Source of the DNA: Moraxella sp.
GTDB taxonomy: Bacteria; Pseudomonadota; Gammaproteobacteria; Pseudomonadales; Moraxellaceae
Assembly: GCA_030538375.1 (NCBI GenBank)
Contig: JAUNUB010000001.1
Coordinates: forward strand, 1 to 60,182
Direction: 5' to 3'
DNA length: 60,182 bases
Shown here piece after piece: positions 28,505 through 36,896 of this stretch. The first letter of the stretch is position 1. Each line of letters begins with the position of its first letter. A program made the position numbers and the translations under genes. The notes below the pieces were generated by a model, which did not search any database, was not told where the DNA came from, and saw nothing but the letters and a program-made list of their open reading frames with translations.

Positions 28505-29953
28505 ATGAACGAACCAGACAAACACGACCTTGCTGTAAGCCTAGCGGACGAGATTGCCAGCCGTCAAAGTATGACTTTTAGCTTTGGCGGTATGATGTTG
28601 TCTTTGCCAAACCCTGACCCTGTGTTAAAACGACTGGGCAAAGACATAGAAGTGTACCGTGAAATTATGAATGACCCTGTCATCAAAGGGGCGGTAAGAC
28701 GCAGGCGCTCAGCCGTAGTCGCCTTAGAATATGGGCTAGAAAAGGGCAAAGCAAGCGATAAGACAATGAAACTGTGCGAGCAGGTGTTAAGCAACATCAA
28801 ACTTCGCTCCGTCATTCGTGAGCTACACGATGCGTCTTGGTTCGGCTATTCGCCCGCCGAAATCTACTGGGAGCGGACGGGCAGTCTGTGGCTGCCAAAC
28901 AAGGTGGTGGGCAAACCGCCTGAATGGTTCGGCTTTAATGATAACAATGAGCTGTGCCTAAAACAACAGGGCAAATACACGCCTGTACCGCCAATGAAAT
29001 TTATCACGGCAAGAAATGACCCCACCTTTGCCAATCCCTATGGCGTGGCGGACTTGGCAAGCGTGTACTGGCTGTCGGTGTTTAGAAAAGGTGGACTAAA
29101 ATTTTGGCTACGCTTTGTGGATAAATACGGTCAAGCCTTTGTGGTGGGCAAGCACCCACGAGCCACCCCACAAACCGAAGTGGATAAAATCCTAGACAGC
29201 CTAGAAATGCTCAGCCAAGACGGTGTGGCGGTCATTCCTAATGACGGCTCGGTGGAAATTTTGGAGTCGGCTGGCAAAGGGGCAACGGCGGATATGTTTG
29301 AACGATTGCTCAAACATTGCCGAGATGAGATTAACATTGCCCTACTGGGGCAAAACCAATCCACCGATGCGTCCAGCACCAATGCGTCCGCCCAAGCTGG
29401 CATAGAAGTAACGGACGACATCAGAGATGCTGACGGCGTGATGATAAGCGAGACTATCAATGAGCTACTTGGTTTTGTTATTAAGGTCAATATTGGCGAC
29501 AATGAAATCGTACCCACTTGGTCTATGTGGGAAAACAATGATGAGACCGAACGGCTTACCAAACTTATCACAAGTGCCAAACAAGCAGGGGCTACGGTAT
29601 TAAAGCCATTTTATACAAGGCATTTGGGCTTTGCTGATGATGAAATCATTGTGCCAGAACCGACAAGCCAAAGTAATGATAATTTGGCATTTAACGAATT
29701 TAACCCCATTCGCAAAGACTATGCCGACCACAGCACAGGGCAACTTGCTACAAACAGCCAGCCTATTATCAATGATTGGCTAAGTCGCATTAAGGCGGTG
29801 ATTGACACCGCAACCAGCCTTGATGAAGTGCCAAACTTAATCATCAATGCCTTTAATGACTTGCCAGATGACAAACTGGTGGACATTATCCAGCTGGCAA
29901 TGACGGCAGGGCAACTGGCAGGAATGGCAGAAGTGGTGGCGGAAAATGGGTGA
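28505..29953 (+). CDS. Portal protein (DUF935 / Mu gp29-like)
   Basis: NPYG..L, W..F.DKYG, ALLGQ motifs; synteny. Confidence 0.88.
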   Translation: MNEPDKHDLAVSLADEIASRQSMTFSFGGMMLSLPNPDPVLKRLGKDIEVYREIMNDPVIKGAVRRRRSAVVALEYGLEKGKASDKTMKLCEQVLSNIKLRSVIRELHDASWFGYSPAEIYWERTGSLWLPNKVVGKPPEWFGFNDNNELCLKQQGKYTPVPPMKFITARNDPTFANPYGVADLASVYWLSVFRKGGLKFWLRFVDKYGQAFVVGKHPRATPQTEVDKILDSLEMLSQDGVAVIPNDGSVEILESAGKGATADMFERLLKHCRDEINIALLGQNQSTDASSTNASAQAGIEVTDDIRDADGVMISETINELLGFVIKVNIGDNEIVPTWSMWENNDETERLTKLITSAKQAGATVLKPFYTRHLGFADDEIIVPEPTSQSNDNLAFNEFNPIRKDYADHSTGQLATNSQPIINDWLSRIKAVIDTATSLDEVPNLIINAFNDLPDDKLVDIIQLAMTAGQLAGMAEVVAENG

Positions 29954-31190
29954 TAAAGCACTGGTAGGCGTGCAATCCGCCTTTGACTTGCCCTTTGATG
30001 AGCAGATAGAATTTTTCAAACAAAAGGTCAGATTGTCAAGCCGAACTTATCAAGAGCTAACCGCCCAAAACCACGACAAGGCGTTTGTGGTGGCAGGGGC
30101 AATGAAAGCTGACCTATTAAACGACCTGCACAAGGCGGTGTTGTCAGCAATCCAAAACGGCGAGGCTCTGTGGCAATTTGCCAAAAACTTTGACACAATC
30201 GTCAAAAAACACGGCTGGTTGGGCGATAAAGACCAAAATTATACGGCGTGGCGTGCCAAAATTATCTATCAAACCAACTTACGCACAAGCCATTCGGTAG
30301 GTCGCTATCATCAAATGACAGACCCTGATGTTTTAAAGGCTCGCCCCTATTGGCAGTATCGCCACATCACAGCAGACAACCCACGCCTACACCACAAACG
30401 CCTAAATAATATGGTGCTATGGGCGGACGATGTGTGGTGGACGGTCAATTATCCGCCCAACGGCTGGGGGTGCAAATGCTACGCTCGCTCGCTTTCACAA
30501 GCGGATATGGACAGAATGGGGCTAAGTGTCAGCCAAACGCCTGATATGGACGGCTATGCGGACAGAAGTTTTGCCCACGCTCACGGCTCGTCTTGGTATC
30601 CCAACCTTGACAAATACCCCTATGCCATTGCCAAAGCGATGGTGGCAAGCAATATGACAACAGGCGTGCTTGAACGCTGGCTTGGGCGAATTAAAACCCA
30701 GCTTGATGACCACAAGGCAAACACGCCTGATTATGACACCCTTAAAAAAGAAGAGCGGATTGTCGGTTTTCGTAAATTTAATACAGGCGAAAGTTTTCAA
30801 GTGGCGGTATTAAGCGAAGAACAGCAAGCCATTTTGGGCGTACAAACTCGCACGGTGCTGTTTAGTGAAGACGATGCCCTAAAACAGGCAATCAGCAGAG
30901 ACGGCAACACAGGCTTTGATGCTAGCAGTTATCATCAAGTACAACATTTGATAGACAATGCCACGCTGATTGTTCGAGAATATGACAAGAAAAATGATGG
31001 TTATCGTCAGCAGACGACTTGGGTGGAAGGCTTTAATGCGGACGGCAAAAGATACCTTGCCATCATTCATCAAACCAAAACAGGCGATGAAGTGTATTTA
31101 AAATCCTACCGCTTAGACAGGGCAAGTGATGAAAAATTGAAAAGCAAGGGTAAGGTATTGTTTACCTACGATAGTAGGAATTCAAATTAA
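29946..31190 (+). CDS. MuF minor head protein with C-terminal PBECR-like domain
   Basis: AFVVAGA, TNLRTS, PYWQY, YPPNGWGCKC; C-terminal Y.A....T..G.EVYL.SY. Confidence 0.85.
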   Translation: MGDKALVGVQSAFDLPFDEQIEFFKQKVRLSSRTYQELTAQNHDKAFVVAGAMKADLLNDLHKAVLSAIQNGEALWQFAKNFDTIVKKHGWLGDKDQNYTAWRAKIIYQTNLRTSHSVGRYHQMTDPDVLKARPYWQYRHITADNPRLHHKRLNNMVLWADDVWWTVNYPPNGWGCKCYARSLSQADMDRMGLSVSQTPDMDGYADRSFAHAHGSSWYPNLDKYPYAIAKAMVASNMTTGVLERWLGRIKTQLDDHKANTPDYDTLKKEERIVGFRKFNTGESFQVAVLSEEQQAILGVQTRTVLFSEDDALKQAISRDGNTGFDASSYHQVQHLIDNATLIVREYDKKNDGYRQQTTWVEGFNADGKRYLAIIHQTKTGDEVYLKSYRLDRASDEKLKSKGKVLFTYDSRNSN

Positions 31191-31205
31191 TCGTTAGATT
31201 GATAT

Positions 31206-31329
31206 GCAATCAGAAGAACGCTACCCAATTCTTGATTTGCAATAAAGCAAATCCCAACACGCCAGAATGTCTTTTTAAAGAGACAAACACGGAAGTCGGT
31301 AGACTACAACTTTCCTAAGGGCTGATTGC
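31206..31329 (-). ncRNA. Candidate structured RNA downstream of muF
   Basis: 8-bp closing stem GCAATCAG/CTGATTGC, four internal hairpins, complementary CTACC/GGTAG segments in two loops; minus-strand promoter immediately upstream. Confidence 0.6.
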
Positions 31330-31335
31330 TCTTTC

Positions 31336-31364
31336 ATTATACCACAACCAAAAGGCAATAGCAA
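31336..31364 (-). promoter_or_regulatory. Antisense sigma70 promoter
   Basis: Minus strand TTGCTA, 17 nt, TATAAT with extended TG; predicted start near 31329. Confidence 0.65.
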
Positions 31365-31870
31365 TGCTGACAATTCAAGTACAAGGGCTAGACACCGTCC
31401 AAAACCAACTACGAAGACTTGCTGAGCGTGGGGCAAACCCAACCCCCTTACTTAAAAATATGGGCGAGCAGGTATTAAACAGCACGCAAGAACGCTTTGA
31501 AAGTAGCACCGACCCTGACGGCAACCGTTGGGCGAGCAACAGCCCTGTTACCTTTGCACGGCTTTTGGGTAGTCGCCACACTGACAAAAACGGACAAATT
31601 AACGCTCGTGGTGTGTCTCGTGTGATAAGCAAAAAGCCCCTTATCCTAAGTCATACTCTGCAAGGCTCTATCCGCTATCAACTCAATGGACAATCAGTAA
31701 TGGTCGGCACAAACCTAGTGTATGCTAAGATGATGCACTTTGGTGGGACAAAGTCTGCCTTTCCCCATTTGTGGGGCGACATTCCTGCTCGTCCATTTTT
31801 GGGAATTAGTAGTACCGATAAGCAGGTTTTGAAACAAATGGTGGTGGACTATTGGCGAAACATCATATAA
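31364..31870 (+). CDS. Virion morphogenesis protein (Mu gpG-like)
   Basis: RF....DPDG.RW, VGTNL.YA...HFGG, IPARPFLG. Confidence 0.9.
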   Translation: MLTIQVQGLDTVQNQLRRLAERGANPTPLLKNMGEQVLNSTQERFESSTDPDGNRWASNSPVTFARLLGSRHTDKNGQINARGVSRVISKKPLILSHTLQGSIRYQLNGQSVMVGTNLVYAKMMHFGGTKSAFPHLWGDIPARPFLGISSTDKQVLKQMVVDYWRNII

Positions 31871-32010
31871 GCGATTTTTAGCCACTTGTGTGTCTTTGGT
31901 GGGCTTGTTATGCTTTTGGGGTGTCTTGGGTGTTTATGAATGTTTATAAACGCCTTTTGCCCTCTAAAATATATCTGTCAAAACCTACCGTAACATTTAT
32001 TTCATAAATC

Positions 32011-32055
32011 CCTTAAACCGCCCTAAAATTGCTTTATCCCAAAACCCCTTATGCT
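32011..32055 (+). promoter_or_regulatory. Late promoter 2 (head genes)
   Basis: CCTTAAACCGCCCTAAAAT, 20 nt, TATGCT. Confidence 0.75.
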
Positions 32056-32085
32056 ATGCCAAAAGATTAGTCAATTTGGCAAGCC

Positions 32086-33213
32086 ATGAAAAAAATTCAC
32101 ATCTTTAAAACAGGTACACACATTGATAGTAACGGCACGTCTGTTTCATTTAGCGAACAGGACTTACAAAACGCCATCAATGCCTACAACCCTGCCATTC
32201 ATCAAGCCCCCATTGTCGTGGGACACCCAAAGACCGATGCCCCTGCCTTTGGCTGGGTTAAGTCCTTAGCTGGCGATAATGGCAATCTATATGCCATACC
32301 TGAACAAATCCAGCACGACTTTGGCGAGCAGGTCAAACAAGGACTTTTCAAAAAAGTCTCGGCAAGTTTTTATCCGCCCAACTCCCCCACCAACCCAGTC
32401 AAAGGCGTGTATTACCTACGCCACATTGGGTTTTTGGGGGCAGAACCGCCAGCCATTAAGGGCTTAGAGCCGATTGAGTTTAACGAAAATGACAAGGCGG
32501 TGGAGCTGACCTTTGATTTTAGTGAGCAGACAGACAGCCATGAGCCCAAAAATAGCCCTGAACAAAATCTATTTAACAAATTTGTATCCGCACTTGGTAC
32601 GCTTTTGTTTAGTGAACAGTCGCAAAGCACACCGCCTAGCGACACACCACCAAGCAATGAACCCAAAGCCAATCCCCCAACCCATCAAAAGGACAATCCT
32701 ATGACCGACACCCAAACACCGCCCACCAATCCTTCTGCCACGCCTGACCCCAAAGACGCGGAAATCGCCAGTCTAAAAGCCGAGCTTGCCAAAAAAGAAG
32801 CCGAGCAAGCACAGGCACAAATTACAGCTCAGAACCAAGCAAACAATGACTTTGCCGAAAATCTCGTCAAAGACGGCAAACTGACCCCTGCCCACAAAGA
32901 CATGGTGGTGGCGGTATTAAACGCCATTGATACGGCAAATCGTGCCAATCCCTTAAATTTTGGCGAAGGCGACAAGGCGGAACCATTAAACCAAGCCTTT
33001 AAAAACAGTCTAAGTGCTGGACTATTTGGCAAGGCTCATCTGTTTGGCGAAAGTGCGTCCAAAAATTTTGGCACAACAGCGACAAACTTTGACCAAAATC
33101 TACCGCCTAGCGTGCAGGTGGACTCGGACAGCATAGCAAAGCACCAAGAAATCTTAGCTTACTGCGAAACGCACAACGTGGACTATACCACCGCTGTAAT
33201 GGCAATCGGTTAA
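32086..33213 (+). CDS. Prohead protease/scaffold (Mu gpI/Z-like); likely internal scaffold start at 32701
   Basis: AP.V.GHP, PAFGWV, SASFY, LRH.GFLGA.PPA.KGL; AAGGA..ATG at 32701. Confidence 0.88.
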   Translation: MKKIHIFKTGTHIDSNGTSVSFSEQDLQNAINAYNPAIHQAPIVVGHPKTDAPAFGWVKSLAGDNGNLYAIPEQIQHDFGEQVKQGLFKKVSASFYPPNSPTNPVKGVYYLRHIGFLGAEPPAIKGLEPIEFNENDKAVELTFDFSEQTDSHEPKNSPEQNLFNKFVSALGTLLFSEQSQSTPPSDTPPSNEPKANPPTHQKDNPMTDTQTPPTNPSATPDPKDAEIASLKAELAKKEAEQAQAQITAQNQANNDFAENLVKDGKLTPAHKDMVVAVLNAIDTANRANPLNFGEGDKAEPLNQAFKNSLSAGLFGKAHLFGESASKNFGTTATNFDQNLPPSVQVDSDSIAKHQEILAYCETHNVDYTTAVMAIG

Positions 33214-33238
33214 ATTTATCATCATTAAGGAAAAATTT

Positions 33239-33595
33239 ATGAAAACCCAAGCAATCAGCCTTTTGACCCTATCCGTCCTACTTGCCCAAGACACCCTTGC
33301 AGGTGCGTGGATAACAGCAACAGGCGAAACCCCAAGCGGACAAGCCCCTTTACTTGGCGTAACCGACACAGACGGCAAACAGGGTCAAATGGTGTCTGTA
33401 ACCGCCATTGGCACAGCCAGTATGAACCTAAAGGACATTGCCACAAGCCCTGTCAAGGCGGGCGATTTGGTGGTGTATGATGGTGTGATGATGATTGCCA
33501 AAGCCAATCAGTCCGCCCAATATGCTGGCAAAGTGGTGGGGGTGGTGCTGTATGACACTCATCAAGACAGCCACGCTGAAATTTTAATCCGTTAA
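33239..33595 (+). CDS. Capsid decoration/cement protein (DUF2190-like)
   Basis: Size, LGV.D.D...G..VSV...G motif, position before the capsid gene. Confidence 0.65.
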   Translation: MKTQAISLLTLSVLLAQDTLAGAWITATGETPSGQAPLLGVTDTDGKQGQMVSVTAIGTASMNLKDIATSPVKAGDLVVYDGVMMIAKANQSAQYAGKVVGVVLYDTHQDSHAEILIR

Positions 33596-33626
33596 TTTTT
33601 AACATTTTGATTTTTAAGGAAATATT

Positions 33627-34550
33627 ATGCCTAAAATCGTTGTAGACCAAGTCTTAACCAATGTCGTGCAGGGCTATAAAATCCCTGAAAGTGTCGGTCA
33701 TTTGTTATTCCCCCGAGTAACCGTTACCAAGTCGGGCGGTAAAGTGGTGATGTTTACCGACAAAGATTTTGTTCTCTATCAGACCCAGCGTTCTCGTGGG
33801 GCAAACACCAAACGCATTGACATCGGCTACGATGGGCAAGCCTATTCGCTAGAACTGCACAGCCTAGAAGGTAAAGTGCCACGAGAAGACTTACGAGATG
33901 CGGACGCTGTCAGCCCAAGCATTAAACTTGGCGTGCGTGCAACCAACAAGGCAATGCGTGGCATTATGCTCCCCCTAGAAGTCCAGCAAGCAACTATGGC
34001 TCGTAACCCTGCCAACTACCTAGATACCAACAAAACCGCTCTGTCAGGCACAAGCCAATGGACGGACGCAAATAGCGACCCCTTTGGCGACATTGAAACA
34101 GGCAAAGATGCCATTCGCCAAAAAACAGGGGCGGACGCAAACACAATGGTGCTATCGCCTGCCGCCTTTAAAGCCCTAAAAAACCACCCTGACATCAAAA
34201 AATGCCTAACCATCACCGCAGACGGCAAAGGCATTACCGCCCAAATGCTTAGCGATTTGTTTGAAATTGAAACAGTGGCGGTGGGCAAGGCAGTAATGCT
34301 CAATGGTGAAACAGGGCAAGTAGAAGATGTGTGGGGCAAAGATGTGGTGCTGGCTTACACGCCACCCACATCAGAATTTGACCGTGAAACCCCTGCTTTT
34401 GGCTACACCTACGGTATGGAAGGATACCCCTTTGCTGAGACCAGTTATTATGACAACAACGCCAAGACTTTCTTTTACCCTGTTACCGATGAGCGAGTGC
34501 CTGTCATTGCTGGCATTCACGCAGGGTATTTGATTAGCAATGTGGCTTAA
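33627..34550 (+). CDS. Major capsid protein
   Basis: D.VLTN..QGY, FP.V, W....SDP..DI, AGYLI.N. Confidence 0.88.
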   Translation: MPKIVVDQVLTNVVQGYKIPESVGHLLFPRVTVTKSGGKVVMFTDKDFVLYQTQRSRGANTKRIDIGYDGQAYSLELHSLEGKVPREDLRDADAVSPSIKLGVRATNKAMRGIMLPLEVQQATMARNPANYLDTNKTALSGTSQWTDANSDPFGDIETGKDAIRQKTGADANTMVLSPAAFKALKNHPDIKKCLTITADGKGITAQMLSDLFEIETVAVGKAVMLNGETGQVEDVWGKDVVLAYTPPTSEFDRETPAFGYTYGMEGYPFAETSYYDNNAKTFFYPVTDERVPVIAGIHAGYLISNVA

Positions 34551-34578
34551 TGTTTTAATTTTAAAGGATAGTTAAGAA

Positions 34579-35124
34579 ATGCTAAATAAATCTATGATTG
34601 CCTGTGTGACATTGGCACAAATTCGCCATAACGGCACGCCTTATGCGATTTCTGATGTGGTGTGCTTGTCTGAAAATGACAAATTATTCTTAGAAAAAGC
34701 GGGCTATGTGCGGGTGGCAACGCCTGATGAAGTGGCAGAATTTGAACAGAAACAAACTAACAACAACCAAGTTGGCGAAAATAACCCACCAAATGCGAAT
34801 TTGAATTCGCATTTGGATAATGGGGCAAGTGTGGGCGATGACAGCGAGCCAACTCCACCTGTCAGTGAACCAGCTCAAACCGAACCATCTCAAGCCGAAC
34901 CAGTCGCAAACGAGCCACAGTCAAGCGAAGGCACGCCACCTGCCGAGCCTGTTTCTGAGCCTGTGCCAGCGTTGGCGTATGACAAACTTACCAAAGCTGA
35001 ACTTGTTGCCCAATTAACCGCTCGTGGTATCACCCATAACCCCAAAGCCAAAAATGACGAGCTTGTCGCTCTTTTGGTGGCGTTTGATGCCAAAACAGAC
35101 GAGCCTGTGATGGTTGCAGAATAA
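34579..35124 (+). CDS. Mu gp35-like protein with C-terminal HeH/LEM-type domain
   Basis: IRHNG..Y..G-like N-terminus, Pro-rich linker, LTKAEL...L..RGI....KA..DEL. Confidence 0.65.
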   Translation: MLNKSMIACVTLAQIRHNGTPYAISDVVCLSENDKLFLEKAGYVRVATPDEVAEFEQKQTNNNQVGENNPPNANLNSHLDNGASVGDDSEPTPPVSEPAQTEPSQAEPVANEPQSSEGTPPAEPVSEPVPALAYDKLTKAELVAQLTARGITHNPKAKNDELVALLVAFDAKTDEPVMVAE

Positions 35125-35134
35125 GGGGCAAACA

Positions 35135-35596
35135 ATGGCGTATATCAGCATAGATGAGTTAAAAGCCCTCGTCCCTGATAGTGTGATGCGTGAGCTGTCG
35201 GACGATGTCGCAGGGGGCGAGATTAACCTTGACTTGGTGCAGACGGTTATCAATGAAGCGTGCGAAGAAGTGGATGGGTATTTGCGTAACCGCTACACCT
35301 TGCCTTTTGCAAGCACGCCCACGCTGGTAAAACAATGTGCCAAACAAATCGCTCGCTATGCCCTGTACGAACGCCGTCCAGAAGGCTTTGAGTTGCCCCC
35401 TGCGGTGGTGGACGGTCGCAAGGTCGCCATTAAGAATCTTGAAAATATCAGGGACGGTAGGGTCAGTCTTGGCGTGCCTGATACCTTAAAAAATGCCAAA
35501 GCGATTTTAAATGATGATGGCGAATTTCATATCCGAGTTCGCCCCAGTCGGCAAAATGGTTCGGTGTTTAACAATGCCCTCCTAGATAGCTTTTAA
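35135..35596 (+). CDS. Head-tail adaptor (DUF1320 / Mu gp36-like)
   Basis: VDGYL..RY.LP, IARY.LY.RR, L..I.DG.VSLG. Confidence 0.85.
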   Translation: MAYISIDELKALVPDSVMRELSDDVAGGEINLDLVQTVINEACEEVDGYLRNRYTLPFASTPTLVKQCAKQIARYALYERRPEGFELPPAVVDGRKVAIKNLENIRDGRVSLGVPDTLKNAKAILNDDGEFHIRVRPSRQNGSVFNNALLDSF

Positions 35597-35607
35597 GGGA
35601 ATGGCTG

Positions 35608-36069
35608 ATGAATGCCTTGCAAAAATCACCGTCATTTAGTCTTACCAAAGACATTGCCAGCAACATTGTGGAGCAGTTAAAACAAGGCGTGGGCAATGAG
35701 CTTGCGGTAAGTTTTTACCCAGAAAAGCCGACAAGCTACCGCCTAAACCACACCAATGGGGCGTTGCTGGTCAGTTATGGGCGGTCAAATTATCCTAAGC
35801 ACAATGACACGAATGCCGTTATCCGCCCACGAGAGCTGACCTATTCGGTAACGGTGGTGTCTCGTGGGCTGTATGATAGATTTGGGGCTGTGCCTTTGGT
35901 GGACTGGGTACTTGAATTGTTGTCAGGCTTTATGCCCACCCACACCACCAAACCGCTTGCCCCCATCAAGGATTATTTTGATACACACGAGTCGGGCTTG
36001 TGGTTTTATACGGTGGAGTTTGCCACAGAAACCAGCCTTGTACAAATCCTATCCGCCAATGAATTTTAA
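35608..36069 (+). CDS. Tail terminator (Mu gp37-like)
   Basis: YP.KP..YRL.H..GALLV.Y..S.Y, G.W.Y...F. Confidence 0.75.
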   Translation: MNALQKSPSFSLTKDIASNIVEQLKQGVGNELAVSFYPEKPTSYRLNHTNGALLVSYGRSNYPKHNDTNAVIRPRELTYSVTVVSRGLYDRFGAVPLVDWVLELLSGFMPTHTTKPLAPIKDYFDTHESGLWFYTVEFATETSLVQILSANEF

Positions 36070-36079
36070 GGAGTTTAGA

Positions 36080-36841
36080 ATGCTAAACGGTCAATATGTG
36101 GGCTGTACCACAGGATTTAGCCAATCCGACAAGACAGACATTTTTATCCCCAACCAAACAATCAACACCACCGCCACGCCTTATCTACAAAGGCTCGTTG
36201 CGGTCAATTTGATTAAGGTGGAAACGCAGACGGTAACACCCACCGAGCCGATTGTGGAAATTCCAGTTTTGGGAGAGCCAATTTTAGAACCAATTTTAGA
36301 GCCAGTCTTGGGATTTGAACCAACACTTCCGCCCCAGTATGACGGCTTTTGGAATGTAACCAGCCGTATTGATGCTTATGAAAAAGCAGGTGAGCGAGTT
36401 CGGCAAATGGGCGACAGCCAACGATTTTATATTACTCTTGCCAATCCAGACGGCTCAAACCAAATCATAAAATACTTGTCAGGTAGTTATCTAAAACACC
36501 GTATGTTTGGTAATAATGGCGGATTGTACACCAATGCCCAAACCTTTACCAATGATAATGAGTTAATGGCTGGGTATGGGTTGTCAGTAGGTTTTAATTT
36601 TGTCAATGACAACGGCGTGCCAACGGGCTATGGCGGCAACGGCGATGTTACCAAGCCTTATCCGAATGGGGCTGGCATTGTCTCCCTAGAAATTCAAGGC
36701 AAAAACGAATTTAAGATTGTACCAACTGGGGCGGACAATGATTTGGTAACCATTTTTGGCTTGGAACAGCCCAGATTTGTTACTTTTACCGATATGGCAC
36801 GAGCGTCTTATATTGCTCCTAGCAGTGGGGGCGGTAGCTAA
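36080..36841 (+). CDS. Hypothetical virion protein with Gly/Asn-rich C-terminal domain
   Basis: AAGGAG RBS; PILE repeats in the linker; lies between tail terminator and sheath. Confidence 0.65.
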   Translation: MLNGQYVGCTTGFSQSDKTDIFIPNQTINTTATPYLQRLVAVNLIKVETQTVTPTEPIVEIPVLGEPILEPILEPVLGFEPTLPPQYDGFWNVTSRIDAYEKAGERVRQMGDSQRFYITLANPDGSNQIIKYLSGSYLKHRMFGNNGGLYTNAQTFTNDNELMAGYGLSVGFNFVNDNGVPTGYGGNGDVTKPYPNGAGIVSLEIQGKNEFKIVPTGADNDLVTIFGLEQPRFVTFTDMARASYIAPSSGGGS

Positions 36842-36896
36842 CAAGGACCAATATGCTAAATAATGCATCCAAATCATTCATTTCAAAGGAACAATA

